The position numbers and the translations under genes are program-made. The notes under the pieces are model-generated. The model ran no database searches and had not been told where the DNA came from. It saw only the letters and a program-made list of their open reading frames with translations. A stretch of 64,000 bases of DNA, taken from an uncultured Chloroflexia bacterium (GTDB taxonomy: Bacteria > Chloroflexota > Limnocylindria > Limnocylindrales > CSP1-4). Shown piece after piece: positions 29,123-41,063 of this stretch (position 1 is its first letter; every line of letters starts with the position of its first letter). The stretch spans positions 26,865 to 90,864 of the forward strand of contig CAVPPB010000002.1 of assembly GCA_963707215.1 (NCBI GenBank). Reading direction: 5' to 3'.

Positions 29123-32100
29123 AATGTCAGGCGGTCTCTGGCGCTACATGAGCGCGCGGACCCGGCGAAGCGTCGTCTTCGTCTGGAGCGCGCTCTTCGT
29201 GTTCTCGTTGGGGTTGCAGTACCTCAACCTCGCATCGCCGGCGAGCGTGCTCGCCGTGCACGACGAGGGCCTGTTCGAGCTCGATGGCGATGCCACGAAC
29301 AGTGGGTCGCCCGGAGACGACTGGGACCTCGTCTACAACGGCACTTCGAGTGCCGACGACACGTTCTTCGTCAACGATCCGGTCGATGACCAGAACGATG
29401 ATTCGTTCACGGGCGGGTCCACGAAGGACGACCTGCCGATCAGCGGTTGGCTCTGGAAGGAGGCCAAGGCCAGCCAGGCGAAGAACGACATCGTCAACGC
29501 CTTCGCCGCCGCGTACACCCAGGGCGGCAACACCTACGCCTACTTCGGCCTCACCAAGTGGGAGGCCAGCGGCGACAATTTCGTCGGCTTCTGGTTCCTG
29601 AAGAACGCCATCGGCAAGTCCGGAGCGGGTACGCCCCCCGGCTCCCCGTTCAGCGGGAACCACAGCGTCGGTGACGTCCTTGTTCTCGCCAACTACACCA
29701 ACGGCGGTGCCATCGCCGACTTCGAGATCTTCGAGTGGGTCGGCTCCGGCGGTTCCGTGAACGGGACGCTGAACCTCATCGATTTGGGCGTCCCCTGCGA
29801 CCTGCCCGGCGCCGACGAGGCCTGCGGAACGACCAATGCCGACTACGAAACGGCGCCGTGGCCGTTCCAGGGCCGCAACGAGGCCGCAGGGCAGTTCCCG
29901 CCCGGCACGTTCTTCGAGGGTGGCATCAACCTGACCGCCCTGGGCCTCGACGATGCGTGCTTCACCGGCATCGTCGCCGAGACGCGCTCGTCGCAGTCGG
30001 TGGACGCCACCCTGTCCGACTTCGCGCTCGGCAACTTCAACACCTGTCAGCCGCCGACCATCGAGACCCAGGTCATCGACGATCAGGGTGCCTCGCTCGG
30101 CTCGCTCGGCACGATCAACGTCGGCGAGACGGTCTCCGATCGGGTCACCGTCGGCGGCCCGCTGGGGCTGGCCAGTGGCACGGTCGACTTCTTCCTCTGC
30201 GGCCCCGCCCAGAGCGTGCCTGACTGTTCGACCGGAGGCACGGCGGCCGGCTCGAGCGTTCTCGCTGGCGGGCAGGGTGTCTCCAGCCCGTTCACGGCCG
30301 ACTCGCCCTCCGATGTCGGGTTCTACTGCTACCGCGCCGAGTACACGCCGGCGCAGGGCAGCAAGTACCTCGCCGGGTCCCACACCAACCAGACCACCGA
30401 GTGCTTCCAGGTCATCCCGGCCCAGGTCACGATCCTCAAGACCGCCGGGTCAAGCCCGGTGAACGCCGGTGACGACATCAGCTTCACGCTCTCGTGGGGC
30501 AACAGCGGCCCGGGAACCGCGACAGGCGTCGTCGTCACCGACACGCTGCCGACGACCGGCGGCCTGGACTGGACGATCGACGGCTTCACCGGCACCGGCA
30601 GCACCTGCTCGATCGTCGACAACGTCCTGAGCTGCAACGTCGGGACGATCCCCGGCAACACCGCGGAGAGCGGGACGGTCACGGTCTCCTCCGCCACCAG
30701 CCCCGATGCCTGCGGGATCGTCGACAACACCGGCGAGATCACCTCCCTGAACGACGGCACCGCCCAGTCCAGTGCGCAGATCACCGTCAACTGCCCGGAC
30801 GTGACGGTCACCAAGACCGCCGAGACGACGCCGGTCAACGCCGGTGACGAGATCGCCTTCGCCATCGAGGTCGAGAACCTCGGCCCGGGCGTCGCCTACG
30901 GGGTGACCCTCAGCGACACGCTCCCGGGTGGCTTCACCTGGAGCGAGGACAGCGACGACTGCGAGATCGCGGCCGGCGTCCTGTCCTGCGACTTCGGCGA
31001 CCTTGCCGCCGGTGAGACGCGGACGGTCACCGTCAGCGCCTCCACCGACGCCGAGGACTGCGCGACGATCCCGAACACGGCGACCGTCGCCGCCACCAAC
31101 GAGCCGAGCTCGGCTACCGGCAACAACAGCGACAACGACGCCATCGTCGTGAACTGCCCGGACGTCACGGTCACCAAGACCGCCGACGAGGGCCCGTTCA
31201 GCGCCGGTGACGAGATCGGCTTCACGGTCACCATCAGCAACATCGGCGCGGGCACGGCGTACACCGCGTTCGCCGCTGACCCGCTGCCCGGCAGCGGCTG
31301 GAGCATCGAGTCCCAGGACGGCGGCTGGACCCTCGTCGGGGACATGCTCGAATTCGGCCCGCAGGATCTCATCGCGGGCGCCAGCTCGTCGGTCCACGTC
31401 GTTCGCGACACGACCGCCGAGGACTGTGGCCTCGTCGAGAACACCGTCCAGGTCACCGCCGGCAACGAGCCGGTGGCTGCCCAGGGCAACAACAGCGCCA
31501 ACGACTCGCTCACCGTCAACTGCCCGGACGTGACGGTCACCAAGACCGCCGAGACGACGCCGGTCAACGCCGGTGACGAGATCGCCTTCGCCATCGAGGT
31601 CGAGAACCTCGGCCCGGGCGTCGCCTACGGGGTGACCCTCAGCGACACGCTCCCGGGTGGCTTCACCTGGAGCGAGGACAGCGACGACTGCGAGATCGCG
31701 GCCGGCGTCCTGTCCTGCGACTTCGGCGACCTTGCCGCCGGTGAGACGCGGACGGTCACCGTCAGCGCCTCCACCGACGCCGAGGACTGCGCGACGATCC
31801 CGAACACGGCGACCGTCGCCGCCACCAACGAGCCGAGCTCGGCTACCGGCAACAACAGCGACAACGACGCCATCGTCGTGAACTGCCCGGACGTCACGGT
31901 CACCAAGACCGCCGACGAGGGCCCGTTCAGCGCCGGTGACGAGATCGGCTTCACGGTCACCATCAGCAACATCGGCGCGGGCACGGCGTACACCGCGTTC
32001 GCCGCTGACCCGCTGCCCGGCAGCGGCTGGAGCATCGAGTCCCAGGACGGCGGCTGGACCCTCGTCGGGGACATGCTCGAATTCGGCCCGCAGGATCTCA

Positions 32101-34322
32101 TCGCGGGCGCCAGCTCGTCGGTCCACGTCGTTCGCGACACGACCGCCGAGGACTGTGGCCTCGTCGAGAACACCGTCCAGGTCACCGCCGGCAACGAGCC
32201 GGTGGCTGCCCAGGGCAACAACAGCGCCAACGACTCGCTCACCGTCAACTGCCCGGACGTCGTCGTCGAGAAGACGGCTGACACCAGCCCGGTCAGCGCG
32301 GGCGAGGCGGCTTCGTTCACCATCGAGGTCTGGAACGACGGCCCGGGCATGGCCTATGGCGTCACCCTGACCGACGATCTGCCGACCGGTGTGGCCTGGA
32401 CGATCGACGCGACCGATCCGGCCGGCCTCGACTGCTCCATCATCGACGGCACTCTCTCCTGCAACCTGGGCGACCTCGCGCCAGGCCGCGGCGAGAACAG
32501 CGTCTTCATCCAGGTGGCTGGCGAGACCGACCTCGAGGACTGCGGGTCGCTCGACAACCTCGCCGAGGTCTCGGCCACCAACGAGCCACAGGCGGCCCTC
32601 GGGAACAACACCGATGACGCCTCGGTCATCGTGAACTGCCCCGATCTGGGCATCTCCAAGACGGCTGATGCCCAGGCCGTCAGCGCCGGCGACCCGATCG
32701 GGTTCACGGTCATGATCGCCAACAACGGCGAGGGTACGGCCTTCGACGTCAGCGTCGACGACACCCTGCCCGCCGGCTTCGCCTGGACCATCGAGTCCCA
32801 GGACGGCGGCTGGTCGATCGCCGGTGGCAACCTGACCTGGGGCCCGGCCGACCTGGCCGCTGGCGCCACCTCCTCGGTCCACATCGTGGCCGACACGGCC
32901 TACGAGGCCTGCGGCCTCGTGCCGAACACGGCCTCCATCTACCTCGACGGTGAATTCGTGGCCGACGACTCGGCCGCGGTCACCATCGAGTGCCCGGTCC
33001 TCTCGATCGTCAAGACGGCCGATGCCGAGACGGTCAACGCCGGCGACGCCATCGGCTTCACCATCACCGTCAGCAACGCCGGCCCCGGCGTCGCCAAGGA
33101 CGTCGAGTTGAACGACCCGCTGCCCGCGGGCGTCACCTGGACGGTCGACGGCGGCGCGGACGCGGCCGACTGCTCGATCACCGACGGCGACCTGACCTGC
33201 GACTTCGGCGATCTCGCCGCGGGCGCCAGCGCCGAGGTCCATGTCGGTGCCACCACCAGCGCCGAGGCCTGCTCCGTCTACGACAACACGGCCACGGCTT
33301 CCGCCAGCAACCACCCCGACGTCGACGACGACGCGGTCATCACCTGCGACCTGTCGATCATCGGCATCACCAAGACGGCCGACGCTGCAAGCGTCCTGGC
33401 CGGCGACCCGATCGGCTTCGTCGTGACGGTCACCAACACCGGCGCCGGCACCGCGTACGGGGTCAAGGTGAGCGACCCGCTGCCTGCGGGCGTGACCTGG
33501 TCCATCGATGCCGCCAATAGCGACGATGGCTGGACCATCGCCGACGGCACCCTGAGCTATGGCGGCGCCGAAGGCGTCTCCCTGGCCGCGGGAGCTTCGG
33601 TCACGGTCCACGTCACCGCCCCGACCACCCGTGAAGACTGTGGCGTCGTGGACAACACGGCCACCGTCACCACGACCAACGACGGGTCGGACTCCGCGAG
33701 CGCCTCGCTCACGGTCGTCTGCCCGGTGCTCACCCTCGACAAGGAGAACGACGCCCCGGTCGAGACGATCGACCTCGGCGACGGCAACGTCATCGAGCTG
33801 CCGACCGCCGGCGAGGGCGACACGGTCACCTACACCCTCGACTACACACTGGTCGACGGGCCGGTCACCGACGGCGTCCTCACCGACGTCCTGCCGGTCG
33901 GCGTGGAGTACGTCGACGGCACCGCCCAGGGCAACGACGAGTTCAGCTTCGTCAGCTATGACGCGGCGACCCGGACCCTGCTCTGGGAGGCGGCCACGGT
34001 CACCCAGAACGGCACCGTGAGCTACGACGTCGTCGTCCAGGACGGCGCGGCCGAGCTCGCCCAGCCGCTCGTCAACGTGGCCGAGATCAGCTCCAAGCAG
34101 ACGCCGCCCGACGGCGCGACGTCGAATGTCTTCGTCAACCCGCCTCCGCAGGTCCTCACCCCGCCGCCGACCGACACGTTCGGAGAGGCTCCGCAGGGCG
34201 GCAGCAACGTCGGGTTCGTCCTGATGCTGATCCTGCTCCTGCTCGCCGGCGCCGCGGTCCTGACGGGGTTCGTGACCCCGGTCCCGGCCCGGATCCGCAA
34301 CACCCGGGAGGACGGCCGCTAG
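29123..34322 (+). CDS. giant cell-surface protein with about 10 DUF11 (conserved repeat domain) modules and a C-terminal TPPPTD-TM-basic anchor
   Basis: Intact 1,756-aa ORF with an N-terminal signal/TM (VVFVWSALFVFSLGLQYL). It carries repeated Cys-bracketed modules of about 121 aa (CPDVTVTKTAETTPVNAGDEIAFAIEVENLGPG... / ...DEGPFSAGDEIGFTVTISNIGAG...) and ends ...LTPPPTDTFGEAPQGGSNVGFVLMLILLLLAGAAVLTGFVTPVPARIRNTREDGR. Confidence 0.8.
30781..32260 (+). repeat. perfect 729-bp direct tandem duplication (2.03 copies) inside the DUF11 gene; each unit encodes two DUF11 modules (243 aa)
   Basis: Unit 1 is 30781-31509 and unit 2 is 31510-32238, with 22 further matching bp. The track ORFs 30896-31594 and 31625-32350, and 30928-31152 and 31657-31881, translate identically. 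Confidence 0.9.
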
Positions 34323-34341
34323 GCCCGAGCTCCCACCAGCA

Positions 34342-34367
34342 GGGCCCGGCGCTCCGTCGCCGGGCCC
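34342..34367 (+). terminator. GC-rich hairpin (10-bp stem GGGCCCGGCG / CGCCGGGCCC, 6-nt loop) directly after the DUF11 gene stop
   Basis: Perfect inverted repeat 20 nt downstream of the stop at 34322, with no U-tract. Two further hairpins follow at about 34393-34428 and 34462-34490. Confidence 0.4.
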
Positions 34368-34676
34368 GGTGAACCCAGGGGTCCCCGAGACCCGGACGGG
34401 GCGCGCCGCCCCCGCGGCGTGCCCCGTCCTGAGTCCGAGCGCACGAGCGCTGTTCCGAGTGCTCGAGACCGGGGTGCGGGTCGTCCGCACCCCGGTCCTC
34501 GTACGTCCCGCGGATACGGAAAGGCGGTTCGGTCTGGTTCGCACTGGTCCAGGGGCGTCCCGAGAGGTAGCATGCTGGTCCGCGGCCATCGTCGCCGGCC
34601 GCGGGACCGGGCCGAGCGCGTTCGATCCGGCCACCGGTCTCGGGGTCGATGCCCATCGTCTCCGAGGGGACTCGTC

Positions 34677-34692
34677 GGCGTCGCACGACGCC
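34677..34692 (+). promoter_or_regulatory. perfect palindrome GGCGTCG-CA-CGACGCC about 65 bp upstream of the paralog-B start
   Basis: Counterpart of the 29045-29060 site at a similar spacing from the start codon. Confidence 0.35.
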
Positions 34693-34748
34693 GCGACTGG
34701 CCGGGCCTGCCGTGGATCGGCTGGCTTCGGATCCGGAGGGACCGTCGC

Positions 34749-35627
34749 ATGACACGGGGCACCGTGGACAGGCGGCCCAGCCGAGGGCCTTTCCTCGGCC
34801 GCGTCGCGCTGCTCCTCGTTTCGATCGGTCTGCTGAGCCTGTCGCTGGTCGGTCCGGCAGAAGCGCTGGCCGCATCGGTCGAGCCGGTGACCTCGCTCCA
34901 GGACGACCGGCTTGCCGGGAACCCGACCTGCGCCGAGATCGCCGCGTGGTACGGCGGCGGGCAGAGCTGGTCCGGCGCGAAGATCGACCGGGAGCCCGCG
35001 CCCGGCACCTACGAGTTCGGAGCCGGCAGGTCGATCACGATCAGCGGCTGGGATCCGACGACCGGCACGCTCGACTGGACCTCGACGTTCGGGGTCGACG
35101 CAGTGCTCTTCAAGGCCGGCCAGGGCAACGGCGGATTCAACACCCTGTACGTCTACGCGCCGACCGCGGCTTCCGTCGAATCGCTCGGCGACACCGGCCT
35201 CAGGTCACTGTCGCCGACCGGCGTCAGCCACGTCGACTTCTGCTGGGATACGGGAGCGCCGAGCCCGAGCCCATCGCCCGAGGCCAGCCTCCAGCCGAGC
35301 GCCTCCCCCGGAGCGAGCCCGAGCCCATCGCCCGAGGCCAGCCTCCAGCCGAGCGCCTCCCCCGGAGCGAGCCCGAGCCCATCGCCCGAGGCCAGCAGCG
35401 GACCCGTCGGATCACCCGAGGCGCCAGCTTCGCCGAGCCCGAGCCCGACCGGCGGGGTCCTGCCGGCGGTCGTGTCGCCTGCCGTCACGCCGCCGCCCAC
35501 GGACGACGTGATCATCATCGGCACGCCGGATCGGTCGCCCGCCTGGCTTGCCGCCCTTGCCGTCGGGCTGGCCTCCCTCGCCGCCCTTGCGGTCGCGATT
35601 CGCCGACGTTCCCGTCAGACCGGATGA
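34749..35627 (+). CDS. secreted protein: signal peptide, conserved N-domain, PS-rich linker and C-terminal TPPPTD-TM-basic anchor (paralog B)
   Basis: [74 protein letters not shown]...VSHVDFCWD is homologous to the 27491 gene. It ends ...VTPPPTDDVIIIGTPDRSPAWLAALAVGLASLAALAVAIRRRSRQTG. The linker is encoded by 3 x 57-bp repeats (about 35254-35420). Confidence 0.7.
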   Translation: MTRGTVDRRPSRGPFLGRVALLLVSIGLLSLSLVGPAEALAASVEPVTSLQDDRLAGNPTCAEIAAWYGGGQSWSGAKIDREPAPGTYEFGAGRSITISGWDPTTGTLDWTSTFGVDAVLFKAGQGNGGFNTLYVYAPTAASVESLGDTGLRSLSPTGVSHVDFCWDTGAPSPSPSPEASLQPSASPGASPSPSPEASLQPSASPGASPSPSPEASSGPVGSPEAPASPSPSPTGGVLPAVVSPAVTPPPTDDVIIIGTPDRSPAWLAALAVGLASLAALAVAIRRRSRQTG

Positions 35628-35681
35628 GCTGGTCGCCAGGCGATCCGCTGGCCCCGCGGACCTTGGCGCCGGCCCGGGACG

Positions 35682-36431
35682 CTAGACCGTGATCCGGTCC
35701 CCTGGCCAGACGAAGCGGACGTTGCCGTCCCAGCGCTCGCGGACCGCGGCGATCGTCGCGTCGGGGTCGTAGCCCATCTGAAGGTGGGTCAGGAGGATCC
35801 GGCCTGGGTCGGTCCTCGCCGCCAGCTCGCCGATCGCCCCGCCGTCGAGATGGAGCTCGTCCACCGGCACCGGTCCCGGTCCGAATGACACCTCGGTCAG
35901 CAGCGTGTCGCCCGGCCGGACCAGCGGGGCGAGGTCCATCGCCTGACCGCAGTCGCCCGAGTAGACGAGCCCGGGGCCGTCCGCTCCGTCCACCGTGACA
36001 CGGAAGGCGTGGCTGTCGGGTGTGTGGGTGACCCGGACCGCATCGAGACGGAACGGCCCGATCGACCACTGCCCCACCCGCAGGGGCTCGAGGTCGAGAG
36101 AGGCGGCGAAGAAACCGTCGCTCGCGTGGAGCGCGTCGATTCGCCGATCGAGGTCGACCGGTCCGTGGATCGTGAGTCGACGCGAGGGCTTGAACTCGTA
36201 GCAGAGGTAGTGGCGGAGCGACACCAGGTCGATGTGGTGGTCGGGGTGAAGGTGGCTGATGACCACGCCATCGAGTCGGCTCGGCTCGACCAGCCCGAAC
36301 AGGGTCGGCAGGATCCCCTGTCCGAAGTCCAGGACGATGGAGGCGCCGGCGGCCTGGAGCAGGTAGGCGGAGCCGAGGGCACCCGGGCGGTCCGTGTAGG
36401 CGGGACCGGCCCCGATGACGATCAGCTCCAT
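35682..36431 (-). CDS. MBL-fold metallo-hydrolase
   Basis: MELIVIGAGPAY...VISHLHPDHHIDL contains the HxHxDH motif. Intact 249 aa. Confidence 0.8.
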   Translation of the reverse strand: MELIVIGAGPAYTDRPGALGSAYLLQAAGASIVLDFGQGILPTLFGLVEPSRLDGVVISHLHPDHHIDLVSLRHYLCYEFKPSRRLTIHGPVDLDRRIDALHASDGFFAASLDLEPLRVGQWSIGPFRLDAVRVTHTPDSHAFRVTVDGADGPGLVYSGDCGQAMDLAPLVRPGDTLLTEVSFGPGPVPVDELHLDGGAIGELAARTDPGRILLTHLQMGYDPDATIAAVRERWDGNVRFVWPGDRITV

Positions 36432-36516
36432 GCCGGCGTCGGATCCATGGGCGGCAGACTACCGCAGGTCGGAGGCGTCGGGTGGATGGTCCGGCGCCGA
36501 CCGGATCGCGTCGCCG

Positions 36517-37323
36517 CTACGGGACGGGGACTTCCGACGGCTTGCCCGGGGGTTCCGACGGCTTGCCGGGCGGCTGCGACGGCTTGCCCGGGGGTTCCGA
36601 CGGCTTGCCGGGCGGCTGCGACGGCTTGCCCGGGGGTTCCGACGGCTTGCCGGGCGGCTGCGACGGCTTGCCGGGCTCGACCTCGCGGAGCCGGTCGAGG
36701 ACCTGGCCCGAGCGCTCGATGGCGTTGCGGAGACCCGGCAGGGCAGCTTGCGGCGCCGCGTCCAGGAGGCCCTCCAGGACGGCCAGGTGGGCCGCCACGC
36801 TCGCCTCGATCGCGGCCAGGGACCCAGGGTCGGCCTCGGCAGCGCCCAGCGCGTCATCGAGCTCGTCGACATAGGCATCCAGGATCGCCACCGCGGCACC
36901 CTCGTTGCGGACCACGAGGGCGGCGAGCATCTCGTCGAACCGGTCGTCGAGCTGGTCCAGCTGGGCCTCGGCGCGCAGCCCGGGATCGGCCGGCACCAGC
37001 GCCTCCTCGACCCAGAGTCGAGCGCCGTAGAGCGGGCCACCCGGCGCCGTCGCGGCGAGGGCGCCGCCAGCGATGACGAGGACGGCGGCGACCCCGAGCA
37101 GGGTCGCGGAGATGCGTCGCCGCTGCCCCCACCGGACCGTGGAGGCGCTGGCGAGGACAGCGTCGGGGGTCTGGTGCTCCATGCCGGCCGCGCGTGCCAC
37201 GAGTCGGGCCCGGACCATGCGCGCGGCAGACGGGTCGGGCCGCAGACGCCTCTCGGCGTACAGCTCGAGCAGCTCCTCGACCTCCCGGTCGTCAGGGATG
37301 CGGTCGCCCGCTCCGTCGTTCAT
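36517..37323 (-). CDS. membrane-anchored anti-sigma factor-like protein with C-terminal (PGKPS[EQ]P)7 repeats
   Basis: It overlaps (ATGA) the upstream ECF sigma gene. It has a single TM (LLGVAAVLVIAGGALAA), an extracytoplasmic helical domain and a tail of PGKPSQPPGKPSEP repeats. Confidence 0.6.
   Translation of the reverse strand: MNDGAGDRIPDDREVEELLELYAERRLRPDPSAARMVRARLVARAAGMEHQTPDAVLASASTVRWGQRRRISATLLGVAAVLVIAGGALAATAPGGPLYGARLWVEEALVPADPGLRAEAQLDQLDDRFDEMLAALVVRNEGAAVAILDAYVDELDDALGAAEADPGSLAAIEASVAAHLAVLEGLLDAAPQAALPGLRNAIERSGQVLDRLREVEPGKPSQPPGKPSEPPGKPSQPPGKPSEPPGKPSQPPGKPSEPPGKPSEVPVP
36525..36680 (-). repeat. tandem 21/42-bp coding repeats (GGCTTGCCCGGGGGTTCCGAC / GGCTTGCCGGGCGGCTGCGAC) encoding the PGKPS(E/Q)P heptads
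   Basis: About 7 near-identical 21-mers at the 3' end of the anti-sigma gene. Confidence 0.8.
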
Positions 37324-37916
37324 CGCTCGCCCGTCCGTTCGATCCCGCCGCCCGGCTCCTCGCCGGTCGGCACGTCCAGCCCCAGTCGCCGCCGTAGGGC
37401 GGCGATCCCCCGGAACTGCAACCCCCGGATCGTCCCTTCCTGCTTGCCCATCGCGACCGCGGCCTCCCGGGCCGAGAGGCCCGCGAAGAACCGCAGGGCG
37501 ATGGCGTCGCGCTGCTCGTCCGTCAACTCGGTGAGCGCTCGGGCCACGTCGTCGAGCGCCTCACGCATCGCCGCGATGTCGTCCGGCCCGTCATCGTCGC
37601 CGGGCCGTTCGGCCAGCGCCTCCAGGTCGACGTGGTCACGCCTGGTGCGCGCGTGGTCGATGATCGTGTTCCTGGCCAGCCGGAACAGCCAGCCCCCGAA
37701 GGGAGCGCCGCGAGCCTCGTAGCGTGGCAGCGCCTCCAGGGCCTTGACGAAGACGAGCTGCGTCAGGTCCTCCGCGTCCGCCGGGCGTCCGACGCGGCTG
37801 GCGACGAAGCGATAGAGGGGGTCGTGGTAGTGGTCGAAGATCCTGCCGAACGCCTCGGCGTCGCCAGCCTGCGCCTGCTCCACGAGCCGCTGGATCGCGG
37901 CGTCGTCGATGGACAT
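37320..37916 (-). CDS. ECF-subfamily RNA polymerase sigma-70 factor
   Basis: Sigma-70 region 2 (FDHYHDPLYRFVASRVGRPADAEDLTQLVFVKALEAL) and region 4 (LTDEQRDAIALRFFAGLSAREAAVAMGKQEGTIRGLQFRGIAALR) are present. 198 aa. Confidence 0.85.
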   Translation of the reverse strand: MSIDDAAIQRLVEQAQAGDAEAFGRIFDHYHDPLYRFVASRVGRPADAEDLTQLVFVKALEALPRYEARGAPFGGWLFRLARNTIIDHARTRRDHVDLEALAERPGDDDGPDDIAAMREALDDVARALTELTDEQRDAIALRFFAGLSAREAAVAMGKQEGTIRGLQFRGIAALRRRLGLDVPTGEEPGGGIERTGER

Positions 37917-37937
37917 AACGAACCCGCCCCCCCGGCG

Positions 37938-38785
37938 TTAGGCGTTCCGTGTCGCAAGGGGGAGCCGCACCGACTCGTCCCCGCGGCGGAAGTGGAGTTC
38001 TTCGAAGCCGGCCGATGCGGCCAGGCGGTAGCCGTCGCCGAGGAACGCGCCGAAGCTATGGAGCCGGTGGGCATCCGAGCCGATCGTGATCCGCTGGCCC
38101 CCGAGCTCGCGGAAGCGAGCCACGGCCCAGGGAGCCGGGTAGGTCTCGTGGGCCACCTGGCGGAGCCCGCTGGTGTTGATCTCGAGGCCGGTCCCGACCT
38201 CCACGAGCGCCTCCAGGATCGGCTCGTACAGCTCGGGCGCCGACGCCAGCTGTGCCGGCTCCACGTGCGGCACGAGATAGCGCTTCACGAAGTCGAGGTG
38301 GCCGAGGGCATCGAACATCCCGCTCCGGGCCGCCGCCAGGACCTCGCCGAAGTACGGCTCCAGGATCTCGGGGAGGGACCGTCCGGCCACGAAGGCCGCG
38401 ACCCGCGACGCCTCGTAGGGGGAGCCTGCCATCACGTGGACCGAGCCGATGACGAAGTCGTACGCGTGCCCGGCGAGGTGCTCCCGGATGTCCCTCTCGT
38501 GGCGCGCCTGGTAGGTGATCTCGACCCCGAAGCGGATGGCAACACGGTCGGCCCATCGCGCGGCCGCCTCCCGGACGACGTGCTCGCGCTCGGAGAAGGT
38601 GGCGAACCCATAGGCCGGGGCGCCCGGCTCGAAGTCGAGGTGGTCGGTGATGGCCAGCTCGGCGACCCCGCGCTCGATCGCCATGGCCGCATAGACGTCG
38701 AGGTCGGCGTCGGCGTCGGGCGACAGCTTGGTGTGGAGGTGGGCGTCGAGGGGCAGGTCCCGGTCGCCCGGGCGCGAGCCGGCCG

Positions 38786-38789
<4 letters not shown>
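37938..38789 (-). CDS. PHP-domain phosphoesterase (histidinol-phosphatase family)
   Basis: HLHTKLSPDA...AITDHLDF...GSVHV...GSDAHR are PHP metal-binding motifs. There is a 4-nt overlap with kbl. Confidence 0.7.
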
Positions 38790-40014
<1,225 letters not shown>

Positions 40015-40027
<13 letters not shown>

Positions 40028-41043
40028 TCCATGATGACCTTGCCGGACTCGCCGGAGCGGGCGGCCGCGAAGGCCGCCTCGAACTCCCTGAACGGGAAGC
40101 GGTGGGTGATCGCCGGCCGGATGTCCAGGCCGGACTGGACCATGACCGTCATCTTGTACCAGGTCTCATACATCTCACGACCGTAGATGCCCTTCAGGGT
40201 GAGCATCTTGAAGATGACCTCGTCGAGGTCCAGCGAGAGCTCCTCGGTCGGGATGCCGAGCTGGGCCAGGCTACCCCCGTGGGCCATGTTGGCGATGGCC
40301 GTCCGGATCGCCTCCGACACCCCCGACATCTCGAGGACGACGTCGAACCCCTCGACCATCCCCAGCTCGCGCTGGACGTCGCCGAGGTCGGTCTCGCGGG
40401 GATCGACCGCGACCGACGCCCCCATGCGCAGGGCCAGCTCCCGGCGGAAGGGGTTCGGTTCGCTGACCACGACATGGCGCGCTCCGGCGTGACGGACCAC
40501 CGCCGTCGCCATGAGGCCGATCGGACCGGCGCCCGACACGAGGACGTCCTCGCCGAGGACCGGGAAGGCGAGCGCCGTGTGCACCGCGTTCCCGAACGGG
40601 TCGAAGATCGCCGCGACCTCCTCGTCGATGCCCGCCCAGTGGTGCCAGACGTTCGTCATCGGCAGGACCACGAACTCGGCGAAGGCGCCGTCGCGGCCGA
40701 CGCCCAGACCGATGGAATGAGCGCACAGGTGCCGACGACCGGCAAGGCAGTGGCGACAGCGCCCGCAGACCACGTGGCCCTCGCCACTGACCAGGTCGCC
40801 TGCCCGGAAGTCGCTGACGTTGGCCCCGACGTCGACGATCTCACCGACGAACTCGTGGCCCACGATGAGCGGCGGCTCGATCGTCTTCGCAGCCCAGGGG
40901 TCCCAGGCCTCGATGTGGAGGTCGGTCCCGCAGATCCCCGTCTTGTGAACCTGCACCAGGACGTCGTTGATGCCGATCTCCGGCCGCGGGACCTCCTCGA
41001 GCCGGAGGCCGGGCCCTGCGGCCGTCTTCACGAGCGCGAGCAT
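40015..41043 (-). CDS. tdh: L-threonine 3-dehydrogenase
   Basis: The Zn-ADH fold has the [12 protein letters not shown] and CGRCRHC motifs. 342 aa, typical of Tdh, and co-operonic with kbl. Confidence 0.92.
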
Positions 41044-41063
41044 CAGACCGCCTCCTGTGAACC

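Noticed and set aside
30450-34634. 1,394-aa minus-strand ORF antisense to the DUF11 gene
   Set aside because: It is a shadow ORF typical of GC-rich DNA. The plus-strand frame has the domain repeats, signal peptide and codon bias; the antisense product is low-complexity G/R/A/D.
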